A DNA stretch of 63,250 nucleotides, counting the filler, from Octopus bimaculoides (Eukaryota), in the NCBI RefSeq assembly GCF_001194135.2. It is 7 parts of 6 records of this genome, joined end to end, with 100 filler letters (N's around TTAATTAATTAA, not from the genome) between each part and the next. Parts side by side here need not be neighbours in the genome. Positions count along the whole stretch, not along the records: positions 1 to 21,699 come from NC_069005.1; 6 more parts are not named here. The stretch is one strand, 5' to 3'. Of the stretch, positions 1-12,185 are shown piece after piece. The notes beneath the pieces were generated by a model that was given only the letters and a program-made list of their open reading frames with translations, did no database searches and was not told the origin of the DNA. The position numbers were made by a program, and so were the translations under genes. Every line of letters starts with the position of its first letter. Position 1 is the first letter of the stretch.

Positions 1-819
1 AGAGGGGAACGCTTCTCAAAAATAACCTGCAGTTGTTTCCTTCAAAATTCCTACATGCACGATATGTACATACATCAAGGTATATTTGTAGAAAATTTCA
101 CGAAAAAATATTAATTTTCCTGGAAGTTAAGAGGAATTTAAGTGGACTCCGTTGGAATTTCCGACAATTGTCCCCCACCCCCATTCCAAAAAACTTTCAC
201 CGGAAAATTTCATTAAAAAAAATTCATTTTTCTGAAAGTTATGACCTCTCAAAGTCTGGGGGGGGGGGGGTAAAACCCTGTAGTTATGCCTGTCCCCTCT
301 ATGTTTAGCCCCTTGTGGGCAATAAAGAAATAAAAAGTATTATGGACCCTCGGACAAATTGGGTTCTATAGTATTTATTAACAGCAAGTCAGAATTGACC
401 CCGTGACCCGAGAGATCCCCGGGCAACTGCCCAGCGTACCCATGCCCTAGGACGGCGGTGATGCAATACGTCTTTCTTTTTTAAATATGTTAAGTTGTTC
501 TTGTATTGTAGTTTGACTGCTATTTCTAACAGGCCTATTGATCTGTTTGAGGCTCTGTCAAGGGAGATAACTTGTGTATACTTGTTAATTAATCGGAATT
601 GAAAGGAAAATGTCAAGAAATAACCCTTCGTTGATGATTTATTATTTTATATTCTCATACAGTTTATTTTCTTCAGTATTCTAACAATAAGAGAGAGAAG
701 AAGAAGAAGAAAAACCCACTACGACTCATTACATTTTGCGTTCGTTTTCCAATTCTCAGTCGAAGTTATTTTAATTGGTTTTAATTAACTGACAAAACTT
801 TTAGAAATGGTTTTATAAA

Positions 820-946
820 TGATGCGTCGTCAGTTTCACTTCTTCAAATTCTCAGTTTCTGTTTCTCTGCAACAAATCGATATATTCCAGTGCTTCTTCT
901 TTCCTAACCCAAACGATATCAACAGCTACTGTAAAAGACTGATCAG
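820..946 (+). other. WDR25: Candidate non-coding first exon / promoter region of WDR25
   Basis: CAG|GTAATG donor at 946/947, unique CpG-containing sequence (TGCGTCGTCAG) upstream; the first coding exon starts with an acceptor only 6 nt before its ATG, so an upstream UTR exon is expected. Start coordinate is approximate. Confidence 0.4.
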
Positions 947-1758
947 GTAATGTCTCAAGACTTCTTTAATATTACATCTACTCATAATTCCTTGATTAGC
1001 AGAATTTTGGAACTGTTGGCCTTTAAATTCTGCGACACTTCATAGAAAAGAAAAACGGTGGTTCTCTCACTCCCTTTTCATCATTATTATTCTTGGTGAT
1101 TCGTACAACAGAAATTATGATTCTGGAAATAATTTCCCTCCAAAATTTCAACTTTTACGTTTTTTCCCTCCACATTCGTTTCTTCTTTTCGTCCCACCGA
1201 CTTTCTTTCTTCAAAACTTTCAGTAGAATTGTCGTCTTTTTATGAAATTTTATATAAATACTTCTTAGATGGTGTAGATTACGATTAAAACGGAATTTAA
1301 TATGAAAAAATATATTTATAATTCGGTGGATGTGTACACATATATAGCGTCGCATGTCTTCGATATTTCAAGTTTCATTTTGCATATATATTAATATGGG
1401 TGGCTAATCAGCCTTCAGGTTGTGTGTGTATGTATATATATATATATATTTAGTCCCTCGAAGCGTGAGGCATTAATACACAGTTAATGCCCTTTATATA
1501 TATAAGTATTTATATTAATGATGAAATGATAAATTTTTTTTCATTACGAAAATTTTTAGTTATTTTTTCATTTTGAGGTTTTTTCACGCTGACTACTTGA
1601 TAAATTCTTATAAAGAATTTATCCTATATTATATTATATTATATATATATTNNNNNNNNNNNNNNNNNNNNNNNNNNNNNNNNNNNNNNNNNNNNNNNNN
1701 NNNNNNNNNNNNNNNNNNNNNNNNNNNNNNNNNNNGGTCTGATGATAACGTTGTTCTT

Positions 1759-2108
1759 GTGGAGGCGCAATGGCCCAGCGGTTAGGGAAGCGGACTCGCG
1801 GTCATAGGATCGCGGTTTCGATTCCCAGACCGGGCGTTGTGAGCGTTTATTGAGCGAAAACACCTAAAGCTCCACGAGGCTCTGGCAGGGGATGGTGGCG
1901 AACCCTGCTGTACTCTTTCACCACAACTTTCTCTCACTCTTTCTTCCTGTTTCTGTTGTATCACGCTGAATCTCCCCGAGAATTACGTTAAGGGTACACG
2001 TGTCTGTGGAGTGCTCAGCCACTTGCACGTTAATTTCACGAGCAGGCTGTTCCGTTGATCGGATCAACTGGAACCCTCGACGTCGTAAGCGACGGAGTGC
2101 CAACAACA
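1759..2108 (+). mobile_element. tRNA-derived SINE, family B (copy with about 45-bp internal deletion)
   Basis: tRNA-like head TGGCCCAGCGGTTAGG...GGTTTCGATTCCC (A/B boxes); colinear with the copy at 55723-56103. Confidence 0.85.
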
Positions 2109-2281
2109 TAACAGCTGGGTAAGTAAAATATGGACCTAGGAACTCTTTGTGTTCAATAAAACAGTGGCTCACAATATGTTTGCAGACATTAAAACAGGGT
2201 GCAGTTCTTGGACCCATCAGGGCCCTTTGCTCCATCCAACCCATTCCAGCATAGAACATTGTTTTTTCTTTGCAGCTATCA

Positions 2282-3191
2282 ATGAAGCGTCTTTGCCAAT
2301 ATTCCAGCAGCAGCAGCTCTGATACACACTCAGATTCTGAAGAAAATATCAAGGAACCAAAAGAAAAGCGTCGGTTTAACTTCTTTGCTTTAAATGATGA
2401 TGATGATGATGAAGGAAACAAGAGTGAAGGGGGAAAAAAGGGTGAGGGAGAAACTAGTTCAGCTGCTGACACAACGAATTTATGGTATAAATGTCCTCAA
2501 AAAACTGTGTCTGATTTTGTTGTAAATCATGACGGAAGCAGCATCTCCTTACCATCTGTGGATTTCTGGGAAAGTATTTCCGAAGAAGAAATCGCAAATC
2601 CAGGAAAGTTGAAAGAACATTTTCTTCAAAATGTTACTGATTCTAAAACTTTAATTACACCGTTTAATGAAGAAGAAGAAGTAACTGCTCCTGAACAAGG
2701 AACTTCGGTGTCTAGTAAAGTGTTAGTTCCTGGTTTAAAGGAATCCTCTTGTGTTAAGGCTTATACTAGCAAGAAGCAAATACTTCATAACAACGAGAGT
2801 CATGGAACAACGTCCGAAAGTTTGCCTGGAATTAATTCAATGCAAACAAAACGGAAAATTTATTTTGTTCACGGTAAAATTGGTCCGTACCAGTCAAAAG
2901 CCTTCCCTGGCCCAAATCAAATAGCGAAGAAGAAAGAGACTACGATACAAGCTCATGTGGGAAGCATTAACCGTATTCGGTGGTGTGTCGCCCAGTACAG
3001 TCATCTGCTGCTATCGGTGGCAGATGACTCTCTAGTTAAAATATGGAACATTTGGTCACTGTTGGAACCGTGTGTCCAAACATTCACACATCATTCTAGT
3101 TGTGTTAAAGATGCAGAATGGAGTCGCTGTGGACGTCATGTGCTCACATGTGGTTACGATCGGAAAGCTGTTGTTACTGATGTAGAGACAG
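2282..3191 (+). CDS. WDR25: WD repeat-containing protein 25, coding exon 1 (low-complexity N-terminus plus first WD repeats)
   Basis: Acceptor ttttttctttgcag at 2275, ATG 2282, open frame with AHVGSINRIRWC, LLLSVADDSLVKIWN, HHSSCVKDAEWS, LTCGYDRKAVVTDVETG; donor G|GTGAGT at 3191/3192, phase 1. Confidence 0.92.
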
Positions 3192-3332
3192 GTGAGTTAG
3201 TAATTTTATTTTACTGGTTTAGAGACACAGCTGTGTGCTTAAGGAATTTGCTTCCCAACCACATTGGCCTGTCTCGTGTGTATTTGACCCTTTTACTGCA
3301 GGGATCACATTCATCCACTCAAAATTTCCTTA

Positions 3333-3527
3333 CCCTTAACTGCAGAAAGCAGTCTTATACACCATTCTATCTTTGTTGAGGAATGTCATGTTTGAAACCA
3401 TTTTTCATTGAGATATGTCAATTTTATTGATGCAATGTGGACTTGCAGAAAATACCAATTCTATTTTTGGCAGACGTTTAACATCGTTACTGGAATAACC
3501 ATGAAATTTAATTTCACAGTTAAAGGG
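3333..3527. mobile_element. piggyBac-like MITE, copy 1 (WDR25 intron)
   Basis: CCCTTAACTG ... CAGTTAAAGGG followed by TTAA; internally similar to 3648-3880. Confidence 0.6.
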
Positions 3528-3647
3528 TTAAAATTAGTTAATTATAATACATGCCAACAAGGAAAACGGATGCTTAATGATGATGATGAGAGAATAAGGA
3601 ATGTCATTAGTGTAATTATTCTCATAATTGTTGCTATCATTGCTTAA

Positions 3648-3880
3648 CCCCTTTACTGCTGAAATCAGATATATATCTATTCAAAATTTAATAATTCTTA
3701 GCTACGGAAAGCAGTTTTATATCCCATTCTATCTTTTGTTAAGGAATGGTTATGTTTGGAACTATAATTCATTGAGATATGTCGAGTTTATTGAGGCAGA
3801 AAATACCAATTCTATTTTTGGGTAGATATTTAGCATCTTTGCTTGAATGACCATGAAATTTAAATTTTGCAGTGAAAGGG
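3648..3880. mobile_element. piggyBac-like MITE, copy 2 (WDR25 intron)
   Basis: TTAA-CCCCTTTACTGC ... GCAGTGAAAGGG-TTGA. Confidence 0.65.
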
Positions 3881-3952
3881 TTGAGACATTTACTGTGCCC
3901 AAAACGAAACTCTTGCAGAAAGCCTAATTAATGCTACCATCTTCATGTACAG

Positions 3953-4122
3953 GATCTGCTCTACAAATCCTTTCCCACCATGAGATGGTGTCATGTGCAC
4001 GCTACCACCCAGTCAATGCCAACCTGGTGTTGACTGGCACCAAGAATGTCATTTACTCCTGGGACCTCAGAACTGCCCAAGAACCAGTGAGACAGTACAA
4101 CTACAAAGACAGCCTTGGAACT
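3953..4122 (+). CDS. WDR25: WDR25 coding exon 2
   Basis: tacag| acceptor, phase 1 match; GSALQILSHHEMVSCARYHPVNANLVLTGTKNVIYSWDLRT...DSLGT; donor |GTAAGT at 4123, phase 0. Confidence 0.9.
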
Positions 4123-5308
4123 GTAAGTTAGTAGACCTTATCACAAACCTCATTATTATAATCACAACTGCACAATTATGATCTTTGCTGTCCCATAGTT
4201 TCATCTCTTTTCTATTTTAGTGTGAATGGGACGGGAAGCTTCGTGTGATATTAAGCTCTGCTTGTCACTTTGTGCTGGGAAGGATGTCTTATCATCAGAA
4301 CAATTCATAACCTAACCCTAACCCTAACCCTCTTTCCTGATATTTGATTTGGATGCACAGAGAGGTTTGTGCAGAACAGAACTGAAGAATAGATAAGAAT
4401 ATCATTCCGTCTTCTTATTTATCATTATCATTATAATGTCCACTGTTCTGTGCTTGCATGGGCCAGACGAAATTCATGGCGGTAGATTTTCTACGGTCGG
4501 ATGCCCTTTTTTAACACTGACTATACCAGCTTAAAATGAAGTCACCCAGTAACTTGCAAGGCAAAAAAAAAATAAGCCCCCTTCAGCTAAGTGGGAGTGT
4601 AGTAAAGGCATGGGGGTGGTTTTATGCTAGCTGTTGAATGGCTGAAATATGATAGAGGGGACAGGAATGGGTTCCTTGCTGTAGAGGAGATACATAGCTA
4701 CTCCACATTATATAAAGATTAGTGGGAGTCGCTGGAGAGGGAGAGAAAGATGGTGATGACAAGATGCCAGTGTGTACCCTCAAGATACAGAAAGTAAACA
4801 GAAGAAAGGATAGGAACAGAGGGCTGAGAAGGGGACGAAATCACAAATTAATTTTTCATAAAGGGTACCCTTTGAATGTTGGGCCTCAAGTGACAAGTGG
4901 TCAAGACCTTTGGCAATACACCATGCTTGAGAAGATCCATCAAGCCAAGTGGGATCATAGTTGTGGTTGATGCTAGTGTTACGTAACTGGCACCTGTGCT
5001 GGTACTACGTAAAATGCACCCGCTATGCTCTTGGAGTGGTTGGTGTTAGGAAGGGCATGAAACCATAGAAACCATGCCAAACCAGATTGGAAGCTGGTGC
5101 AGCTCTCCAGCTTACCAGTTCCAGTCAAACTGTCCAACCCATGCCAGCATGGAAAACAGACATTAAATGATGAGGAGGAGACTTTATTAATGAATAATTA
5201 TGGTTGCTGCACTAATTACTTGTATTTGTTTGTATTGATCTTGTACTGTTTTTATTGCCTTCTAATCTTTTTTACCATTTTCTTCACATTGCTGCTGTTC
5301 CATCCTAG

Positions 5309-5446
5309 ATACAAGACATTGTCTTCTCACGTGATGGAGAGACATTCTTTAGCTGCTGTGATATCATCAGTCAAGATTCAGCCGACCGAAATATTATGGC
5401 ATGGCATTGTCAGACTGGAGTTGTTCTCTCAAACCAGATCTACCAT
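5309..5446 (+). CDS. WDR25: WDR25 coding exon 3
   Basis: cctag| acceptor; IQDIVFSRDGETFFSCCDIISQDSADRNIMAWHCQTGVVLSNQIYH matches the WDR25-typical DSADRxIxAW...SNQIxH motif; donor |GTACGT. Not present in the supplied ORF track in this frame. Confidence 0.9.
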
Positions 5447-6207
5447 GTACGTACTGCATTTTTTTTTTTAGATTAATTATGAATACAGAAATTAATAATC
5501 ATTTTAAAAATTTCATTTATTTGTCTCTCTCTTCTTTACTCTGAGATTTATCCATGTTTCTCTCATGGTCAGTGCCATGTCATGTGTTCACATGTTGCAC
5601 CGTACAGACATCTTGTCATCAAGACACCAACCACAAAGCAAGAAATGGTGTCATCATCATCATCATACGTCTGTTGTCGATGCTGGCATAGCTTGGACTA
5701 GACTGACATGTTGGAAGCCTGCACCAGGTTCCAGTCTGGATGCCCTTCCTAATGCCAACCACTCTGAGAGTGTAATGGGTGCCATGGAAAGCAGATGTTA
5801 AACAATGTTGATGTGTGTGTGTATATATATATATCATCATCATCATATATATATATATATATATAAAGAGATATAGATAGATATGTATATGTATGTGCGA
5901 GATTGTGTACATTTGCGTAGCCTTGTTCTGACATCCTGTAATTGTATATGAATGTTATTCATTTCCAATATTCAACAAAAACATGTCTGGTCTTGGGTAA
6001 TATTTCCTTGTTTGGAAACAGGTTTGGGTTAGTGACAGGAAGGGCATCAGGCCCTAGCATGATCTGCCTCATTAAACTCCATCCAACCCCTGCAAGCATG
6101 GGAAAGTGGACCTTAAATGTTGATGATGATGTAATTTCATAACCTAAACCGATACAAATGACATTTCTTACTTGTTATTTCATTACATTTGATGTTTCGA
6201 TTTGCAG

Positions 6208-6348
6208 GAGAAATATATATGTGCCCGACTTTGCCAACACCCCAGGGAGAATACATTCCTTGCCCAGAGTCAAGGCGGTTATATCGCCTTGTTTTCAGCG
6301 AAATCCCCTTTCAAGATGGATAAATCCAAGAGATTTGAGAAACATAAG
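6208..6348 (+). CDS. WDR25: WDR25 coding exon 4
   Basis: tttgcag| acceptor; EKYICARLCQHPRENTFLAQSQGGYIALFSAKSPFKMDKSKRFEKHK resembles WDR25 [30 protein letters not shown]; donor AAG|GTTCGT. Confidence 0.9.
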
Positions 6349-6596
6349 GTTCGTTTCTTTCTCATCTTAACAAGATTTCTGTGTACAGTCTGTGTTCGTG
6401 TGTGTGTGTAAGACTGGAGCCTGCTGCAGCTCTCCATCTTACCAGTTCCAGCCAAGGCTGAAATTTTTNNNNNNNNNNNNNNNNNNNNNNNNNNNNNNNN
6501 NNNNNNNNNNNNNNNNNNNNNNNNNNNNNNNNNNNNNNNNNNNNNNNNNNNNNNNNNNNNNNNNNNNNNNNNNNNNNNNNNNNNNNNNNNNNNNNN

Positions 6597-6760
6597 NTAG
6601 CTCAATTCCAGTATTTGACTGGTACTTAATTTATTGACCCCGAAAGGATGAGAGGCAAAGTCAACCTTGGTGGAATTTGATCTCAGAACGTAAAGACAGC
6701 CGAAATACCACTAAGCATTTTGCTCGGCATGCTAATGAGTCTGTCAGCTCACCCCCTTAA
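6597..6760 (-). mobile_element. Family A SINE in last WDR25 intron
   Basis: CTGGTACTTAATTTATTGACCCCGAAAGGATGAGAGGCAAAGTCAACC core. Confidence 0.85.
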
Positions 6761-7082
6761 ACCTGTTAATTTTATTCAATATATTCCCCCCTCAGATTCG
6801 CATGGTCAACTAAAGTGATGCAGAGAGGCAGGTTGCATTCTTTCGCCCATTCTCTAAACTGTGGTTGAGTGAAAACGTGACCCATCGAACTGTAGCACTT
6901 ATGGAGACCTGCTTGCTCGCTCACCCGTTGGTCATTGGAATATTTCAATAGTCTGGTGACTGTGACCTTTGTAAACAGCTCACAGAGATACGACAAAAGG
7001 GTTGAGGGCAAGTATTTTTGTAGCCCTTCTTCATTGCACAGATATTATAGAAATATCATAGAATTTTTTCTTTCTTTTGCAG

Positions 7083-7304
7083 TTGTTGGGTTACAAGATT
7101 GGTTTTGACATATCCTTTGATGGTCGGTATGTAAGTAGTGGCAGTTCAGATGGTAAGGTTTATACTTACCACTTTTATAATGGTTTAATGATGCAGTGTC
7201 TTGAGACTGGATTCTCTGTAACCATAGACGTTGCTTACCATCCCGTTTTGCCCAGCACCCTGGCATGTTGCAGTCTGGACGGTGAGATACAAATTTGGCA
7301 CTGA
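7083..7304 (+). CDS. WDR25: WDR25 terminal coding exon
   Basis: ttttctttcttttgcag| acceptor; LLGYKIGFDISFDGRYVSSGSSDGKV...YHPVLPSTLACCSLDGEIQIWH* matches the WDR25 C-terminus YHPVLPS...KIWH*. Confidence 0.93.
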   Translation: MLGYKIGFDISFDGRYVSSGSSDGKVYTYHFYNGLMMQCLETGFSVTIDVAYHPVLPSTLACCSLDGEIQIWH

Positions 7305-8146
7305 GCAGGACAAACCCTTGCATCTTCGTCTTCTTTTATCTGATACTTGTTTCAGTCACTGGACTGTGGCCAGGCTGGAGTATCACTTTGAAGGATCTAG
7401 TCCAGGAACAGACAACCTTTTTTTTTCAAGAAGCAGGCCACATCCAACCATAGGAAATTTGTCTCAACAAATTTCATCTGACCCAGGCAAACATGGAAAA
7501 ATCTGCAAAAACAGTCACAGAAGTCTGGTGCAAGTTCCTGTCGCACCCATGCCAGCATTGGTGAGGATGTTATCTCCTGGTTTAAAGATCTCGAAAATGC
7601 AAATGTTCATTTTTAGAAACACATTGTAAGGCAGGTGTGAGGGGCTTAACCCAGCTTGTTTGAACATAAAACCAGTTAAATATTTCAGCTGGATATGGCC
7701 GAGTTCAATGCTAATAGGTTAAAAGCTGATGATGGATGGTGATACCATTTACCAATATAATGGCTCTGCTGAAGTAGAGCGCTTTGAAACCGAGCACAGG
7801 AGACTGCATGAAAAGAAATTATGTCGTCCTAAACTTCACCAAAGATATTCTTCAGAGTCACTTTCAGTAGCCACAGTGCTACATGTTCTGCCTGTCTCGC
7901 ATTGGCCATGTCACCCATGTCCACTCCCATGGGAAACTTGGATCGACGTTTGATGGGCTGTCAAAAGCAAAAGAAATAGCTCCAAACACATGGATCAATT
8001 CCAACCAAGGATCAACAAGTTTTTTTTTTTTTTTAATTATTTCAGACAATACAAAAGAGGAGATGGAGGAGAAAGAGCAGAAAAAATGATATGAATTTAC
8101 AAGTTCAAAAGTCATTTGATAGTTTATATACATAGGAGACAATCCT

Positions 8147-8212
8147 TTATCTGAGAAGTGTAAAATTCCCAATATCAGTATAGTCCAGTAAATTGTGGTT
8201 CTCAATTTCTTC
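8147..8212 (-). CDS. IRF: IRF candidate terminal exon B
   Basis: Strong acceptor gtttctctcgttttcag|, phase 0: EEIENHNLLDYTDIGNFTLLR*; ATTAAA on the minus strand at 8032-8037. Confidence 0.45.
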   Translation of the reverse strand, partial: EEIENHNLLDYTDIGNFTLLR

Positions 8213-8737
8213 CTGAAAACGAGAGAAACAAAAGAAGGAATTAGTAATTTGGTATTGACAAGGATTGCTGTACAGATTAACTGATAATATGCTTAGGTTT
8301 AAACCTAATCAAGGTCATCATTCCTAATCTAGGAGACCTACAAAAAAGCTTTCCAGCCATGCCAACCACTTCAGTTTTTTTTTGTGGTTTGTTTAAAGTT
8401 AGGATATCTTCTGGAGTGACATTATCTAAATGTATCTGTCCTTCCTTGAAGATTGATTTGAGGGGGGATTTTGACTTATTTCCAGCATGTGGAGCAACCA
8501 TTTCGAATGCTGTTGGTGGCAGTGGTGGTCCTGATGCTGTAACTGATGTGCTTTTAATGGTTTATCATGAGTAATGACAATATATTCATGATTGATGATG
8601 GTGGTGGCTTTGGAATGGAGATAACGAAGGAAGGTTAAGGGGTAAAAATGAGGACATGTGGCCGAGAAGTGGAAAAAATGCGAAAGAAAGGAGCAAGTTT
8701 TATAGGAGAGGAAGAGTAACATTAAAAGGAAGAAAAG

Positions 8738-9035
8738 ACCTTTTTGTCTATTCTATTTGTTATTAGACTCCGGCCATGCTGGAGCACTGCCTCAAAGACT
8801 GAATTAACCCAGAACTTATACTATCAGTCTCTTTTGCTGACCTGCTAGGTTACAGGGACATAAGCACACATATACGATGGGCTTCTTTTAGTTTCCATCA
8901 ACCAAATCCACACATAAGGTTTTGGTAAGCCTGAGGCTTATAGTATGAGACACTTGGCCAAGGTGCCATGCAGTAGGACTGAACCTGGAACCTTGTGATT
9001 GGGAGCAAGCTTCTTACCACAAGTCACACTTATGC
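8738..9035 (-). mobile_element. Family D SINE
   Basis: CCATGCTGGAGCAC ... GGGCTTCTTTTAGTTTCC ... GACACTTGGCCAAGG reverse-complement landmarks. Confidence 0.75.
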
Positions 9036-10198
9036 CTATTTGCTGTATTTAATAAATTCACAAAAGCAGTGACTAATGCTACACTGTTTTTATAGTATGG
9101 CAAATGCAGCTTTTGGCTGGACAACGGTCATTTACTGAGTGCCTGCCAGACAGACCTTGACCAATCAGGTGTATGATGCTTTGGGAAAAGTAAAATTATT
9201 TTTCCGTAATTGTTAGGAAGAGCATTGAGATGTAGAAACCATGTCAAGTCAGACTGGGGTCTGGTGCAGCCCCTCAGCTTACCAGCCCTGGTCAAACCGT
9301 CCAACCCATGCCAGCATGGACAACGGAAGTTAAGGATGGTGAATTGCATTTACATATTCAGGGTGCGGTCTTCCATGTCACAAAATACGGTGCCCCACAG
9401 AGAACACTTAAATACCATTTCCTCAGAAGCAATAAAATATGAAGGATTCAATTGGAGCAGAGACTACAAAGGTTTTTAACTTGGGGGTTGAAGACCAGCA
9501 AATTTGATAGGGATGGTGGGGATGTCTTAAAGTGGACCCACTGACCCTAATACTTGATGGTACTTAATCTTATCAAACCCCTAAAACAGGATGAAAGACC
9601 AAATTCATTTTGGTGGGATTTGAATTTGGAATGTAAAGAGTCACAACAAATTCTGTAATTCATTTTATTCCAACACTTGAACCATTCTGCCAAATTGCCG
9701 ACCCTGATAAAGAAACAGTTATGCCCATTTAGTCCCTTATTTAGTGTCTACTGCAATGTTGTACAAGAAACACAACAGATGTAACTATAAAACGGTTTCA
9801 TTATCTAATAAATTGAATATATTTAAAAAAACTTCAGAAACAGCTCAAGAGCTACGGTTGGAATTCTGTTTGCCACTTTGGAATCCTCCGCATAGCAGGT
9901 TTTACTGAATTTGCTTCGCGGGAAGAGCTATTCTAGAGCACGTTCTGCCTCGTCTTCGAAACGCCTAGTTTAGAATAGAGGCAGCTGATGAAAGAAAAGT
10001 TCCATATGTGGTTTGTTTTCCTATGTATTCATTCTGTTGTCTGTAAAAAAGTTTGTTTTTTGTGCTTTGTTTATGTTCCCGTTCCTTTTTTTTGTCCACA
10101 TTTTTTTGACGTCCTGTACCTGGATATGCATCTATATATACATGTAGATGTAGGTATGTACATATATGTATGTATATATGCATATGCTCACATATTTG

Positions 10199-10233
<35 letters not shown>

Positions 10234-10537
10234 AGTGTGTGTATGTATGTGCTTATATAGATATATGTATATATATATATGTGTGTGTATACATATATGT
10301 ATGTGTTATATATATGTGTATGCATGCATGTATATATGTGTGTATATACAATTTGAATGTATATCAGTATGTTATGTAAATATCTGTGTATGTATACGCC
10401 TATATATAGGTGTATACAGATATCTGTCCACATTGTAAGATGACTCGGTCAAACACGTAATACAATCAGTCTGGCCTCCAATTACAAAATCAGTGAAATT
10501 GAATCGTCATCATCATCATCATCATCATCATTACTAT

Positions 10538-11395
10538 TAAGGTGGTAAGCTGGCAGAATCGTTAGCACGCCGGGCAAACGCTTAGCAGTAATTTGACTGT
10601 CTTTATGTTCCGAGTTCAAATTCCACCAAGGGTGACTTTGCCTTTCATCCTGTCAGCTTCGTTAAATAATCACCATTCTTCAACATCCAATGTCCACACT
10701 AGAATGGGCTAAAATACGTACCATTCGAGCGCTGGGCTTGATACAATCACCTAGTCCCTTCTGCTAAAATTTCGGGCCTTGTGTCTACGGTAGAAAGAAT
10801 TATTATCATTATTTTTATTATTACTATTTGATATTTATTTTATTAAAGGCAGCGAGATAGCAGAAGTGTTAGCACATTGGATGAAATGCTTAGCAAAATT
10901 TTGCCTGTTGCTACATTCCGAGTTCAAATCCCACTGAATTCAAATTACCTTTCATTCTTTTGGAGGGGGGGGGGATAAATTAAGTACCAGTGAAACACTG
11001 GGGCCGATATAATCGACTCAACCCCTCCCCACAAAGTCGCTGCCCTTGTGGCAAAATTTGAAACCCTTATTATTATTATTTAAGTACTGGTTGAACAGTG
11101 GGGTCAATGTAATCGACTTAAGCCCACCCCAAAAATTTAAGGTCTTGTGCCAGTAGTAGAAAAGATAATTATTATTATTTTGAAGGTGGAGCAGGCAGAA
11201 TCGTTAGCATGCCAGACAAAATACTTAGTGGTATTTCACCTGTCACAACATTGTGAGTTCAAATCCCACTGAGGTCGACTTTGATCCATTCAGGGTCGAT
11301 ATATTAAGTACCAGTAAAACACTGGGGGTCGATGCAATCGATTATCCCCCTCCCCCCAAATTTCAGGCCTTGTGCCTATAGTAGAAAGGATTATT
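10538..11395 (+). mobile_element. Head-to-tail cluster of about four family A SINEs separated by (ATT)n
   Basis: Repeated AAGGYRGCGAGCTGGCAGAA...GAGTTCAAAT...TTTCATCC...AAGTACCAG...TGTGCCTATAGTAGAAAGG units. Confidence 0.85.
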
Positions 11396-12185
11396 ATTAT
11401 TATTATTTTATTATCATTATTGGTTCATTACTATCTTAAATAATTATTCTGTTATTATTACTGTTATATTAATATCATTTTTTTTTTTACTCTTTTCCAA
11501 TGTCCAATTTCTGTGCCAGCATGGGCTGGATGGTTTGTCAGGGCCTCATTAGGTTAGAGAACTCCCTTGTGCCCCTATGTCCGCTTTGACATAGTTTCTG
11601 TGGCTGGATGTCAGAGTTTATTGGTTGCATTTTTTTTGTTTTTGTTTCATGGCCCTGGCACATGGCAAGATGACCATGCAAGACCCAAAAGATCCCTTTC
11701 AACTGAGTGGCGGATACAGTAGAGAAGGAGGAGGAGGCAACTTTGTGTTAGGATATGAGAGATTAAAATTATGTAAGAAGGGACCAGAATAGGTGTTTTT
11801 ATTGTCAAGGACCTACATGGTTACTCACATTACAGAAGAGAGGGTGGAAGTATCCGGGCTGCAGCTGGAAAAGAAGACAAAATAGCTATGAGGTATCAAA
11901 CTGGACCCTCGAGGTAGAAGTTGATTAGAAGTGAACGGGGGGACAGAATGAGTTGCAAGAGGAACTGGTTAGAGATAAGGGAACGAGTGAAGAGTTAAGG
12001 GGAGTTAGGGAGGAGTTATGACTGATGATGATGATGATGGATTGCAGGTGGTTGTAGCGAATGATCGACAAGGGTGGAGGAGTGGTCGATGATAAATATG
12101 CATTGGACAGAGGTTGGGGAAGAGTAGGTAGTGACTGGCAGATTGGGTAGGATTGAGGAGTTGAACTTTTTCATTGTCAGCATGA

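Noticed and set aside
1759-1830. tRNA-like sequences (also 12690-12750, 18965-19035, 55723-55795)
   Set aside because: A/B boxes continue directly into SINE bodies and lack a proper acceptor stem; SINE heads, not tRNA genes.
3192-3379. C-terminal extension of the 369-aa ORF (ELVILFYWFRD...)
   Set aside because: Read-through past the GTGAGT donor into intron; WD homology resumes at 3953.
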